A DNA stretch of 64,000 bases, taken from assembly GCA_977017575.1 (NCBI GenBank), contig CDRNVI010000047.1:62001-126000 (forward strand). The letters are read 5' to 3'. This DNA is from Paramoeba atlantica (lineage: Eukaryota > Protista > Discosea). The translations under genes and the position numbers were made by a program. Shown piece after piece: positions 33,560 through 44,151 of this stretch; within the stretch, counting starts at the first letter, position 1, and each line of letters starts with the position of its first letter. Below the pieces are notes generated by a model that did not search any database, was not told the DNA's origin, and was given only the letters and a program-made list of their open reading frames with translations.

Positions 33560-35169
33560 TTACGGAAGACAATCTTTTTATCAAGTTTTTAGACGATATT
33601 CCTCAGGAGAAAGTTAAACACACGATTACTCGTACTCGACGAACATCGAAAGTGGCTCTTCCATCCGATTATAATCTTCCGTTGCACGTGAAATCCGGAA
33701 TACCGGACATGCAGGTTAATACTCTCAGACGAATGATGAACAGCGAAGCAGAACGCCGATTCGCAGAAACATGGGATACACTTGTTCGGCTACCGTCTAC
33801 ACCGGCGATAGAGCAGCGATTCAAATCCTTTTTACCCCCAGCTGATATATCCGCTTTGTTAGAGACAGGAGTTATTTCACGGGTTGGATCCGAGGTAGTA
33901 AAGGCCAGACCTTCGATGGAGTGGGTGATTCCATTCACGGTGGTGGAGCCAGCTGACGACGATTCGGAGCGACGTCGCTTTATAGCCTGGACCCGAGGCG
34001 ATAACAATAGAATTCGCGAAGAGTACAAGCCTGAGGTTCCCGTTTGCCATGCTGCATATTACCTTCATCGGGTTCGAGACCAATGTGCTATTAAGCGGGA
34101 TTTAGCGTGCGGGTTTTGGCAGGTGAAGATACCGGTGGAATCACGACAAAAATTTCGCTTCCGTGACGAGGAGGGCACATTATACGAAATGAATGTTATG
34201 CCCATGGGGCATCGTTGTGCCCCCGAGATAATGCACACCCTTACGGCCACCATTGGGGGTGACCCCCGATATTGTAATCGAGATGCGTCTTTTCCTGGAG
34301 GGGGACTGGATGTTTACATTGACGGTATTCGTTTTGCGGGCGAGGTGTCTAAGGTGAATGAGTACGCGCGCTTCATTGATCGTCGTGCTATCAATGTCAA
34401 TGCTAAGTTTAAGGATCATGGCGACCCGCCAATGGATGTTTATACCTTTAATGGGGTTACCTTTTTTCACCGAGATGGAAAGGTTAGTCTAGGGCCTAAG
34501 TTGACGCGACGATTGCAAAGTGATGATTTCTTAGCGGGAACCTATGGGTCTTTGGAGGCAGGCGTTGGGAGGTTAATTTTTGCATCGGCCATCATGGGAA
34601 TATGTATGCCAGAGTACCATTTGGAGTTGAAAATTGTTAGGCGCCGAATTTGTCGATTGAATCGCGAACCGAATTTACTTGATGATAAGGTCCCATTACC
34701 GACATCTGTCAGGATACGTTTGATGGCGTGGAGGGATAAATTGCTTTATCGTTCACCTGTTACACCGCCTCGCCACCCAGATACTGTTCCCCATCAACAT
34801 ACTTTGTTTACGGATGCGTCATCTGTAGGATGGGGGGCGGTCCTATATCTTGATTACGGACCCATGTTTTGCACTGGGGCGCAGTGGCCGGCGGATTTTA
34901 ATTACGAGGTTAATAGAGCTGAAGCGCGGGCAGTTCGACTCGCCTTTGAGAAATTTCAAATTCACTTTAAGAAAGATACGTGTGTGGACTTGTTCATTGA
35001 TAATACTTCGTGTGTGGCCGCTGTTAATAGAAAGGTTTCAAAATCAAATGGAATTACCGAGGAGCTTCGTCGTTTACTGCATTTTCTGAACAAGAACGGC
35101 TTAGCGGTTAAAGCAGAGTACGTACGATCATCCGAGAACGCAGCAGATCATTACAGTCGATATTTTTGA
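33088..35169 (+). CDS. V2 RT/RNase H
   Basis: KRDLACGFWQ, MPMGHRCAP, VYIDGI, FTDASSVGWG, IDNTS, ENAADHYSR. Confidence 0.88.
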   Translation: MLEGGKPLVRNGSVDQRTVLRSRVQQNCNLVGKAYEDVPPKPISPIHVYRHRGTGHGGARKVCSATKASPTDVMGYNFTSGCRDKENSRIGFRVTFVKARGDHSSSRGGGKRQSKFRGGPASCKTSEPGISSAVQCRSSDDCTGTGNAQSNAQVDHLITEDNLFIKFLDDIPQEKVKHTITRTRRTSKVALPSDYNLPLHVKSGIPDMQVNTLRRMMNSEAERRFAETWDTLVRLPSTPAIEQRFKSFLPPADISALLETGVISRVGSEVVKARPSMEWVIPFTVVEPADDDSERRRFIAWTRGDNNRIREEYKPEVPVCHAAYYLHRVRDQCAIKRDLACGFWQVKIPVESRQKFRFRDEEGTLYEMNVMPMGHRCAPEIMHTLTATIGGDPRYCNRDASFPGGGLDVYIDGIRFAGEVSKVNEYARFIDRRAINVNAKFKDHGDPPMDVYTFNGVTFFHRDGKVSLGPKLTRRLQSDDFLAGTYGSLEAGVGRLIFASAIMGICMPEYHLELKIVRRRICRLNREPNLLDDKVPLPTSVRIRLMAWRDKLLYRSPVTPPRHPDTVPHQHTLFTDASSVGWGAVLYLDYGPMFCTGAQWPADFNYEVNRAEARAVRLAFEKFQIHFKKDTCVDLFIDNTSCVAAVNRKVSKSNGITEELRRLLHFLNKNGLAVKAEYVRSSENAADHYSRYF

Positions 35170-36545
35170 AAGATGTTGTTTTCGAAGGATTAAATTACGC
35201 CATTTGTGAAAGCGCATATGATACGTATAGTAGATAAAAATAAGATATTGAGCGTTGAAAATTAAAAAAAAAAAAACGAAGACGAGGGAGACGTAAACTT
35301 CATGCAATCAATAACCAAGCAGAACGGACATGTGAGCGATTTTGATGTATATGAGGAATGAGTGAGTGAGGAGACGAGATGACGAGGGGGGGGCTCTCAG
35401 ATAGTAGGCAATCTGGGGTTTCTTCTTCTTGCCGTCACTAGCGTTTGGGTGATTTGAAGACTGGCGAGTGGGTGGTCCCCGCCGGGGAACTACCCATTCG
35501 CAAGAGAGAGAAAGTTTGAATATTGTTTTGTGGACGTCCATTTATTTTTGTTATCATTATAGTCAGGATAGAAAAGTTGAAAGACATGTAGTTATTTAGT
35601 TTTATTTACTTGATGAATATTATTTACTTAGGACAATTCTTTATATATTTTGTACAAAGATTTTATGATGAGCAATTCTTAGAGTTTACGGAAAGAATTG
35701 CTTGAAGAAAATATTTATTCTTTGACCGTGGCCCTACGGGGCACATATACATATATGTACCTGATTTTGCCCCCTCCGGGGGGAACCATGTAATTATACT
35801 TTTAGCATACTATACTATACATTATTTTACTCTAGTGACTTATAACCTTTTTCCACTCGCAAAAGGAAAGTTGCCCCACCCGCCATCCCCCAAACCACTC
35901 CCCGCCGGGGAACTACCCATTCGCAAGAGAGAGAAAGTTTGAATATTGTTTTGTGGACGTCCATTTATTTTTGTTATCATTATAGTCAGGATAGAAAAGT
36001 TGAAAGACATGTAGTTATTTAGTTTTATTTACTTGATGAATATTATTTACTTAGGACAATTCTTTATATATTTTGTACAAAGATTTTATGATGAGCAATT
36101 CGTAACAAAACTCCACTCCATTGAAAACATAGTTCGTCATAGGATCCGTGCCCTCGTCCTTGAAAGTTGCATTAACGCTGCCAGCTCGAGAGTCAATGAA
36201 TTGTTTATACGCGCTCGCCTCTTCTTCCCCTCCCGCGTACCTTACTCCATCAACATAGACGTCAGCTTTAAAGGCTCCATCATACGCGGAACTCTCGCTG
36301 CAATAATGCGGATCCCCGGCCAATGTTGATGTAATTGTGTGCATGATTTCCGGGGCACACCTATGCCCCATCTAATAGTTTACGGTAAGAAATTCAGGCG
36401 AGAGCTTATTACGTATAGTTTTACTTATCATTGAAAATGTGACTGTTGATTGATTGATTTCGTAAATTCATTAGAAAAGTTATTAACGGATGTGTATGTG
36501 CTTAGGGACTATTCAAATACAAAATCTACGCGTTTTCGAATTTTT

Positions 36546-37574
36546 ATGTCTGGAATCGTCCAAGCGGTTACTAGGGCAATTTCACGATCTAGAGCAAACA
36601 GCCCTGAGCCTCAAGCTCCGGAGCCCCAGGTTTCCCGACATAGCCGACGAGGCGGTACCCTCAACCCTGACCAGGTTGAAGCCCTCCTTGGAAACGATGT
36701 ACGTTTGCCGATGACGGATGATGCGAAATATGAATTTGCTCATAAGATGCGATTGCTTCTCTCTCGAGGTCATAAGGTTTGGATTCAGGCAGTATGGGGC
36801 CACCAGGAAGAGACCGAGCAATATAGAGTAATCGGCCAAGTGTACTTGAAAAATCGCAATGACCCTGACCACTCAGAATTAAAGGCGCGTTGGGATGATG
36901 AACAAGATATGGAGTACAGCTTCCCGTTCCCAGATATTGACTATTACTCATTGGCGATTGCTAAAGTACAAGCTCGAATGCCAGGCGGTGAGCGAGTTGA
37001 GCATCTTCCTTCTGTAGACCGTTTGACCATCTCTGATCCCAAGAACTTCTCTCCCATTGAACCAAAAACATGGGGTCCATGGATAGAATCCCCAGATGAG
37101 TTTAAGCCACGGGAACTGGTACGAGAGCTCCGCGATACGAAAGAATTCGGCGTACGGTTCAATCCTCCGCTTGTTCGGGAACGCTTATTCGAAATGCTCG
37201 TTCAGTGGATTTATGCGGCGCGCAAGTTGGCAGAATGGACAGACGAAAACTTCTACAACATAGCTAAGATCATTATAGAGGAGCTAAGAAACCATTATTG
37301 GGCCGCGGCCGGCGCTCCAGTTGAGAAAGTACAGCAGCGACTTCACCAGGTAAGGAACCCTGACGACACCTATGGACGTATTATGCTAGAGGAAACTTCA
37401 AAGCAGTCTCGTCGGGTACGTGCGACCCAGCCTCCGCTGTGCTTCAACTGTCGCATGCCTGGGCACTTGCGGGCCAATTGTCCACGTTTAAAGGATTTTC
37501 ACCGGGGGGTGGCGAGTGGCGGTACGAAGACACCTGTGAGCTACACTCGTGCCGAAAGACGAACGATCCACTAG
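36546..37574 (+). CDS. V4 Gag-like protein
   Basis: CFNCRMPGHLRANC; paralogue of V6 gag. Start placed at the first ATG. Confidence 0.85.
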   Translation: MSGIVQAVTRAISRSRANSPEPQAPEPQVSRHSRRGGTLNPDQVEALLGNDVRLPMTDDAKYEFAHKMRLLLSRGHKVWIQAVWGHQEETEQYRVIGQVYLKNRNDPDHSELKARWDDEQDMEYSFPFPDIDYYSLAIAKVQARMPGGERVEHLPSVDRLTISDPKNFSPIEPKTWGPWIESPDEFKPRELVRELRDTKEFGVRFNPPLVRERLFEMLVQWIYAARKLAEWTDENFYNIAKIIIEELRNHYWAAAGAPVEKVQQRLHQVRNPDDTYGRIMLEETSKQSRRVRATQPPLCFNCRMPGHLRANCPRLKDFHRGVASGGTKTPVSYTRAERRTIH

Positions 37575-37685
37575 GAAACGTTCCCCACCCCGAAAACAAC
37601 TACTCGTGCTCCTGCCTTATACAAAAGGCGGGAGAACTTACCAGGCTATTTTACACGTTCATCTCCAAGTTATGTATGGAACGGT

Positions 37686-38411
37686 GTGCGATATGTCAGC
37701 GCACTGCGGAATGCGCAGCAAATACTCGTGACTCAAACAATGAGTCAAACAAACACTACAGGTACGGGTCGAACTCAAAAGAGGATAAATCGCCCCGCAG
37801 GACACCAAACGGACCTATCAGGCCCCTTAGCGAAAACAAGAAGGTTGAACTTGACGTGCCAACTCCTCCGTATGGATCCAAACGACGCGCTGGCGCCGGC
37901 TCTTCAGAGGGCAGTATATCCGATGTGGACGGAAAAGACGTGGACCACAAGGGAACGTATTTGGATGCGACTAAACGAGTTCTGCGAGAAAAGAAGCATA
38001 CGTCCAACTGCGCTGCACGCAATATTGTTTCTGGATTCCCTAAGCGTTGCGGTAACGACGCGGCTAGCCTACACAAGAAGTCTACACACCATTTACACAT
38101 GCATAAACGAGGACAACACCCCTCTCAAGCTATACTCGAAGGCACTACAAGCGCAGGGGGGGCTGGAGCCACAACGTCAGATGGAGCCACTGACCCCGTA
38201 TCTGCTACGGAAATTGTGCAGCAGGATAACAGTCTCACAGACCATGGCCGTGCTGCTGTGCTGGAAAGCGGCGGCGCGGTGGACAGAGGTCGCCGAACTC
38301 TGCAGGGAGAAGTTTCTCAAGGTATCCTCAACCGAGATAGTGATTTATTGGGGTCGGGCGACGAAGTCAACACGCCTAAGGGTTGGAGGCTGCGAGTGTT
38401 GGGGGGCTTAG
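37686..38411 (+). pseudogene. V4 tyrosine recombinase, C-terminally truncated
   Basis: WKAAARWTE is present; the HxxR and Y motifs are missing. Confidence 0.82.
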
Positions 38412-39275
38412 CCCCTTCACATAGTATTTACTTGTTTTATTATTGATTTTAGATTCGGTACCAAGTTATTATCTTATTAGCGTGCGCATTATAGATCGTA
38501 ATATACATGTATTCCTGCTCTATAAAAATATTGTATGTTCAGTGAAAAGAGACAGAAGTGTGTATTTCTGGAATTAGATACTTTATATTGTTTCTGCTTT
38601 ATTGAATGTTCGGACGCCTCGCTGCGGATTTCGGCATAACTTTTAGTTCATATAGGTCTCCATTGCTTCCTCGAAATCTAAACTTTGCCCGTGCCTGCTC
38701 CGGCACACTCACCTGATAAAAACCACATGATAAGTCGCGCTTCAGCCCGTACGGCTCTTTCGCTCGATGCAAATAGAAAGCAGCGTGCTTTAAGGGAACG
38801 TAAGGTATGTAATCTTCTTTGAGTCTCTTGTTGTCCTCTCGAGTCCACGCTATAAATCTGCGGCGCTTTTCAACTCCAGTTTCATCCGCGGGTTCAATAA
38901 CCGTAAAGGGTATCACCCACTGATTGGTGGGGCGTTTGTTTTCTTCGTCCGGTGATACTTTACTAATAATATTTGCATCTTCCAACTCTTTGATATCTTT
39001 TTCCGGTAAAGTAGGTGCAAATTTTGGCGATTCATCTTCATTTTTTTCCAACTTAAAGAGGGTGTTTAGCGTCTCACAAAATCGGGCAGATGCTGCCCCG
39101 TTCATCATATTCCGAAATTCGTTCATATTCAACACTTTCACTTTCTTCACATGTAATGGTAGTTTGAGATCATCATGCATAGCGAGCTTTGTGGTTCGTC
39201 GGGTACGCACAATGGTGTAGCGGCTCTTCTCTTGCGGCATATCGCGCAAGTACTGGCGAAATAAATTTTCGGAGC

Positions 39276-40346
39276 TCACAACGTTTTCAGATGCATTGTC
39301 GCTTTCCCAGTTCCAAGAGCGAGCGCGGTAGTGACGGGATCTGAATTGTACCGGAGGAGGGATTCTATCTGTTGGTGTTTTGCCAGATTCTTCAGTTCGT
39401 CGATTGTGACCTTCCCATTTGCGACCTGTTTGAACAGCTCCGTGACCGCCCCTCTCTTGGCTGAATGTGTCCCAAAAGCTTGACCGAGCGTTTGCTTGAT
39501 ATTTCGATCCATCTGTCGTACGTTCGTTCGGCACATTGTGTTCCACGACTTGAGCGTATGAACGTATTGGGCAAGCTCCGGAGTGCCTTCCCCAAGAATT
39601 ACTGTGTACATTGATGGTCGCCACTGGTTGCAACGCGACGCCTTTGTTCCTCTGCCCCAGGCGATTACTATTCTTTGCGAGGTCACCTGTACGAATCTTT
39701 CTGTCGTTAAATTTGCTGTCTCGGTCCAGCGGGAGGCAGCTTTCCAGCACAGTAGCATTGTCATGCTTTCCGATTGAGTCAGATTCTTTCGTAACTTGTT
39801 CAAGAGGTATGGTGTTAGTGGTTCCATTTGGTGTTTCGGCTCCTCCGCACCCTCGGCTTGTAGCGCTTTGCAGAAAAACTTTATTGGTACAGTGCTCTCT
39901 CCGATTAGGTTGAACAGTGCCATTATTGCTCGAGCGTACGTTATTTTCGTTTGCGGAGATATCGGGAGAAGCTGAATGAAAGCGACTGCATGTATTGGAC
40001 TTAGATGTATCTTTTTCCACGTGCAAAAGGTCCTGAACCTTTCCCAAAGCCTTGCCCTTGAATCCCACGTTGATGTGCTCCACATTGAGGCCATCCCATC
40101 CAAGGCCACTCTGACTTCGTGAGTGATCGTACTCACCCCCATCAACAGGCTTAGCAGGTTTCTCCTGCCTGATTGCGCCGACTCCAAACTTAACGTTCCC
40201 TGATATAATTTTCCAGATGAAATTAATCTCCCGTCGTAGCTCCGCGCATTGACTACATTCTGTGCTGTCGTCTTTCTTCGTTTGCTGTGCGGAGCCTCGA
40301 TCTGCGATGAAATTCTTTTGTATACTATGGACTTCTGTGGTACCAT
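39276..40346 (-). CDS. V5 tyrosine recombinase
   Basis: WKAASRWTE, HSAKRGA, LAKH, LLRY. Confidence 0.9.
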   Translation of the reverse strand: MVPQKSIVYKRISSQIEAPHSKRRKTTAQNVVNARSYDGRLISSGKLYQGTLSLESAQSGRRNLLSLLMGVSTITHEVRVALDGMASMWSTSTWDSRARLWERFRTFCTWKKIHLSPIHAVAFIQLLPISPQTKITYARAIMALFNLIGESTVPIKFFCKALQAEGAEEPKHQMEPLTPYLLNKLRKNLTQSESMTMLLCWKAASRWTETANLTTERFVQVTSQRIVIAWGRGTKASRCNQWRPSMYTVILGEGTPELAQYVHTLKSWNTMCRTNVRQMDRNIKQTLGQAFGTHSAKRGAVTELFKQVANGKVTIDELKNLAKHQQIESLLRYNSDPVTTALALGTGKATMHLKTL

Positions 40347-40424
40347 TTGATGCGAAATTTTCGTTCCTACGTCGATTCTCCGGTATTCTATATTTGGAAC
40401 ACTGGCGATTAAAGGACGGGCGTT

Positions 40425-41513
40425 TCATAACGTCTTGGCGCTGTGCGCGCTGCCAGCCGCCCTCTGGCGAAAATCCGGTGGTGATGATCTTTTGTACGGA
40501 CAATCCTTCAAGAAATGAACAGGAGATCGGCAATTGTAACACACTGGGCGCCCCACATTGGAAGAAGCATAACTCGGATACATTTGTCTCGGCTGACCAA
40601 AAGAACGATAACTTCGATTCACATAATTTGATCCGGAGTAGCGCGCACGAAATTTCTCTCGATCGGATAACTGATCCGACACGTGTTGATAAAATTTGTC
40701 GTGTGATCTGTCCTCTTTATCCAACTTCTGGTGGACTGCCTCTACATCTACCTTGCACGCTCGCCAATATGAGTCTCGAAGACTCTGAACGATTGCTTTA
40801 CCCAACTCCAAGAAAGGACCTTCAGACCATCCTGGGGTATCCCGCGCCAACATAATCCATTTCCCTAGCAAATTGTCGAAGTTTCGCTCTTGCTGTTTCT
40901 GAAATGAACGATCCTGAAAGAATTGATTGAGTCGCAAACCATATTCCGGTGCCTCCTTCAGTTCCCGAATCAAATCACGAATGCGAAATCCCTCATCATT
41001 ACGGGCATCGATCCACGCTGGCCAAGTAATAGGTTCATAAGGGTCTAACTTTAACGAATTCATTGATGCGAATGATTGCAGATTTGGAGGCAGGGGCCGT
41101 CCGCCGTCCAATGGCTGCGTCTCCGGAAGATTATTCGAGGACTGTGGTTCGGCTTCTTCCAGGTCAATACGAAAGTAATTCAGATCATTGTGAGGAAAGG
41201 GGTACTCACGCGTGGGATCGTCCTCCCAGACCGCCCACATTTCCATGCCTTCACGTCGAATCTTGCCATGCGAAGTACGTTTTGCCGAAGTCGACGCGTC
41301 TTTTCGTTGCCATACCGCTTTAATGTGCAGAACCGGTGCCACATCCTTCGCCAGCAAAAGCTTTTCACACACTCTTGATTTCATTATGCTCATTTCCGAG
41401 CTTCCCATCGGATTCTCTGGCACGATCGATGGACTACGCGTTTCGCGTGGTGATAGAGTCTCTCGCGGCGACAACGCACACGCGAATCGCCGCGATTGAA
41501 GTCGTGAAGTCAC
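40425..41513 (-). CDS. V5 Gag-like protein, N-terminus continuous with the 177-bp satellite
   Basis: CYNCRSPVHFLKDC; homologous to V1/V2 gag. The start codon is uncertain. Confidence 0.85.
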   Translation of the reverse strand: MTSRLQSRRFACALSPRETLSPRETRSPSIVPENPMGSSEMSIMKSRVCEKLLLAKDVAPVLHIKAVWQRKDASTSAKRTSHGKIRREGMEMWAVWEDDPTREYPFPHNDLNYFRIDLEEAEPQSSNNLPETQPLDGGRPLPPNLQSFASMNSLKLDPYEPITWPAWIDARNDEGFRIRDLIRELKEAPEYGLRLNQFFQDRSFQKQQERNFDNLLGKWIMLARDTPGWSEGPFLELGKAIVQSLRDSYWRACKVDVEAVHQKLDKEDRSHDKFYQHVSDQLSDREKFRARYSGSNYVNRSYRSFGQPRQMYPSYASSNVGRPVCYNCRSPVHFLKDCPYKRSSPPDFRQRAAGSAHSAKTL

Positions 41514-41718
41514 AAAACTTTGATATGCCTTTTTCTGAGAACCGAAAGCTGAGACTACGCGCAGCAGCAGCGGTGCGCCAAAGTGGATTTATGCACTCGT
41601 GATTGCGCGCTCCGAATGTTTATGGATTTGCGTTGCGCGATCCGAGGCACCGCACACGCAAATCGCCGCGATTGAAGTCGTGAAGTCACAAAACTTTGAT
41701 ATGCCTTTTTCTGAAAAC
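41470..41718. repeat. About 1.4 units of the 177-bp satellite, cut off from the main array by V6
   Basis: CTGAAAAC (41711-41718) + CAAAGACTGAGACC (49426) restores the monomer phase. Confidence 0.92.
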
Positions 41719-42055
41719 GAAATCCAGGTCGGGCTGCTCATAAAACATCTAGTAGAACTAGTATATAAAAATATATGGAAGCAATAATAAGAAATTTGAA
41801 GACTGCTGATTTCTCAATGATCTTACGAAGATATATCTTTCCTGTAGTGTATTTATGGAAATAAACCCAAGAGACTAAGTGAGATCGTCATAACCTATCA
41901 TAATCAATGCTAAAAGAGTACCAAATAAACTAATAACGTTGTGAACGGGAATGCCCGTCCGCGCAACCCGCAGCCAACCAACCCGATCACTAGTCACATT
42001 TAACACTACCCGAGCACTCGTGATATTCCTTGGGGAACTTCTCCTAAGTCCCAGG

Positions 42056-43819
42056 CTAAAATTTCCTGCTAATCGGGTCTGCTGGATTCTCTGACGAGGC
42101 AATGTAACGTGCCTGAATGCATATCCCTTTCCTTTTTGCTTCCTCTAAAACCATGCGCAATTGACGTGCAATATTGTCCGACTTAGAAGTTTTCCTATTC
42201 AGTGCCTCTTTACATGAAGTGTTGTCCACAAAAAGATCCAGGCACGTTCCGCTTTCAAAATGCTCACCGAATTCTTCAAGAGCCAACCTTACAGCCGTAG
42301 CTTCAGCATTGTTTACTTCATACGTTGTTCCGGCTTCCCATGGCTTGCCTGTTATCAAAACCTCTCCTGTATCCAGATACAGAATCCCTCCCCACCCTTT
42401 GCGAGAAGCATCTGTGTAAAGACGATGTTTGTGAGGAACGAAATCTGGATGAAGTGGAGCTTTAATCGGAGTATTTAATACTACCTCATCCCTCCATTGT
42501 GCTAAAATAATACGTGTTTTTCGTGGAAGGTCAACAGACTTATTACCTATCCACGGACATCGATTCAACAAATTAATTCGTCGCTGAACAATCTTGACAG
42601 CGAAATGAAATCGCGGAATGACTATACCAAGCACAGCAGATGAGTACAGAAGGCGCCCCACCGCCGCCTCCAGATCTTTGAAGCTTAACGAGTAAAATCT
42701 GTCATTCTGCAACTTACGCACCACACGTGGTCCCAGGCTGACCTTGTGATTGACGTGATCGTAATGAACTCCATTAAATACATAGTGCTGTGTCGGCTCA
42801 TGGCCTTTCTCCTTGAATTTTCCTCCCATCTCATCGCACCGTTTATCCACAAAGCGTGCGTACTCCTGCGCTTGTTCCACAGTTCCCGAAAACCGAACTC
42901 CATCAACGTACACATCCATAGCTCCTCGTGTAAAGGCAGATTTAGCGCTACACACTGTGATAAGTCCCCCAAGGGCGGAAGTTATCGTATGCATGATTTC
43001 TGGGGCACACCTACATGTATGTCCCATCGGAAGAACGTTCATTTCATAAGTACGGCCTTTTGATGAAAAGCGAAATTTACAACGCGCAGCTAGAGGAAGT
43101 GGTACTTGATAGAATCCACAGCTTAAATCTTTTTTCACTCCTATAGCGTCGTCAACTCGATGCAAATATTTACTAGGATGAAGCAGGGGAACATCAGGGA
43201 CATAATCTTTCAACCGGTCATTATCCCAGCGCGACCAAGATATAAATCTCCTCCGATCGTGACCAAATTCGTCTTGTTCCACTACAGTAAACGGGATGAT
43301 AAATTGAGCTGCAGGACGACGCTCTAATTCATCAGAAGAAACTTGAGAAATGATACCGGCCTTCAAAAGAAGCGCAATATCGGACACAGGTAGAGAATTG
43401 AGTCCTTTCGGCTCTTTTTCAGCTACTTCAGGAACGTGTAGAAGTTCGTCCATAACATTTTGAAAGCGCATCTTGGTTGGCAAGTCCATGCATCCTTTCA
43501 CTACCTTTAGATCCATTAGAGGTGTATTCATTTTCACGTGTAATGGTATCTCAAAATCTTTTGCCGTGGCCAACTTAGACGAGCGCCGCGCGCAAGTAAT
43601 CGAGTGCCGTTTCAAGTACGGTACCTCAGAGTAAACTTGCTCCAACAGTTCAGCTGTCATGCCGGGAGTCTCGCCGATACACGTTGCGTTCCGAGCGCTC
43701 TGGCCGTCGTTACTTGGTTTGCATTGTATCTTAACAGACTTTCGACATTTAAATGCTTGGTCATGTTCTGAACTTCTGATATCGTTAGATTCCCTTGAGC
43801 CACTTCCTGGAACAGCCAC
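42056..43819 (-). CDS. V6 RT/RNase H
   Basis: KKDLSCGFYQ, LPMGH, VYVDGV, YTDASRKGWG, VDNTS, ENPADPISR. Confidence 0.88.
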   Translation of the reverse strand: MAVPGSGSRESNDIRSSEHDQAFKCRKSVKIQCKPSNDGQSARNATCIGETPGMTAELLEQVYSEVPYLKRHSITCARRSSKLATAKDFEIPLHVKMNTPLMDLKVVKGCMDLPTKMRFQNVMDELLHVPEVAEKEPKGLNSLPVSDIALLLKAGIISQVSSDELERRPAAQFIIPFTVVEQDEFGHDRRRFISWSRWDNDRLKDYVPDVPLLHPSKYLHRVDDAIGVKKDLSCGFYQVPLPLAARCKFRFSSKGRTYEMNVLPMGHTCRCAPEIMHTITSALGGLITVCSAKSAFTRGAMDVYVDGVRFSGTVEQAQEYARFVDKRCDEMGGKFKEKGHEPTQHYVFNGVHYDHVNHKVSLGPRVVRKLQNDRFYSLSFKDLEAAVGRLLYSSAVLGIVIPRFHFAVKIVQRRINLLNRCPWIGNKSVDLPRKTRIILAQWRDEVVLNTPIKAPLHPDFVPHKHRLYTDASRKGWGGILYLDTGEVLITGKPWEAGTTYEVNNAEATAVRLALEEFGEHFESGTCLDLFVDNTSCKEALNRKTSKSDNIARQLRMVLEEAKRKGICIQARYIASSENPADPISRKF

Positions 43820-44151
43820 GTGATTGCACCCCTTTTTATTGAATGTGAGAACTTGTGAAAGTAATCTGCGTATTCAATTTAGTTCAATACACATGAATAT
43901 TTCAGCACGTAAAGCATAATATTTTATTATATACCAAGGAAAGTGTTTATATCCACGTTTAAAAAGTTTTTGGCTATTGAATATTGAAAAATAGTTTCCC
44001 ATTCGTTAGTACTGTGAGAAAATGAATTATAGTAGCGCTACTAAGTGACATATGTTGTTTTACTTTATACTTTATATATTGATATACAAACATATTCGAT
44101 GGATTTGACGAAGGGTAGGATTACATTAATGTATTTTACACTTGATTTGAG

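Larger units (their letters stand above)
31312..36101 (+). mobile_element. V2: VIPER-like YR retrotransposon with complete split direct repeats A1...B1 A2 B2
   Basis: A1 31312-31507 = A2 35679-35874; B1 35476-35678 = B2 35899-36101; TTC at both junctions. Confidence 0.92.
36373..38632 (+). mobile_element. V4: 3'-deleted YR element (gag + partial YR) inserted in V5 RT
   Basis: Junctions CCCCATC|TAATAGTTTACG and GGATTTC|GGCATAAC; the host codons rejoin. Confidence 0.85.
30880..41513 (-). mobile_element. V5: VIPER-like YR retrotransposon split by V2 and V4, lacking both termini
   Basis: Pol pieces 38633-40476, 36102-36372 and 30880-31311 rejoin in frame (ELKVMP|MGHRCAP; FNGVEFCYE|EGKVKMGPK). 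Confidence 0.88.

Noticed and set aside
103-43063. Numerous short antisense or alternative-frame ORFs over retroelement genes
   Set aside because: No motifs and no conservation between paralogues, unlike the pol overlap frame.
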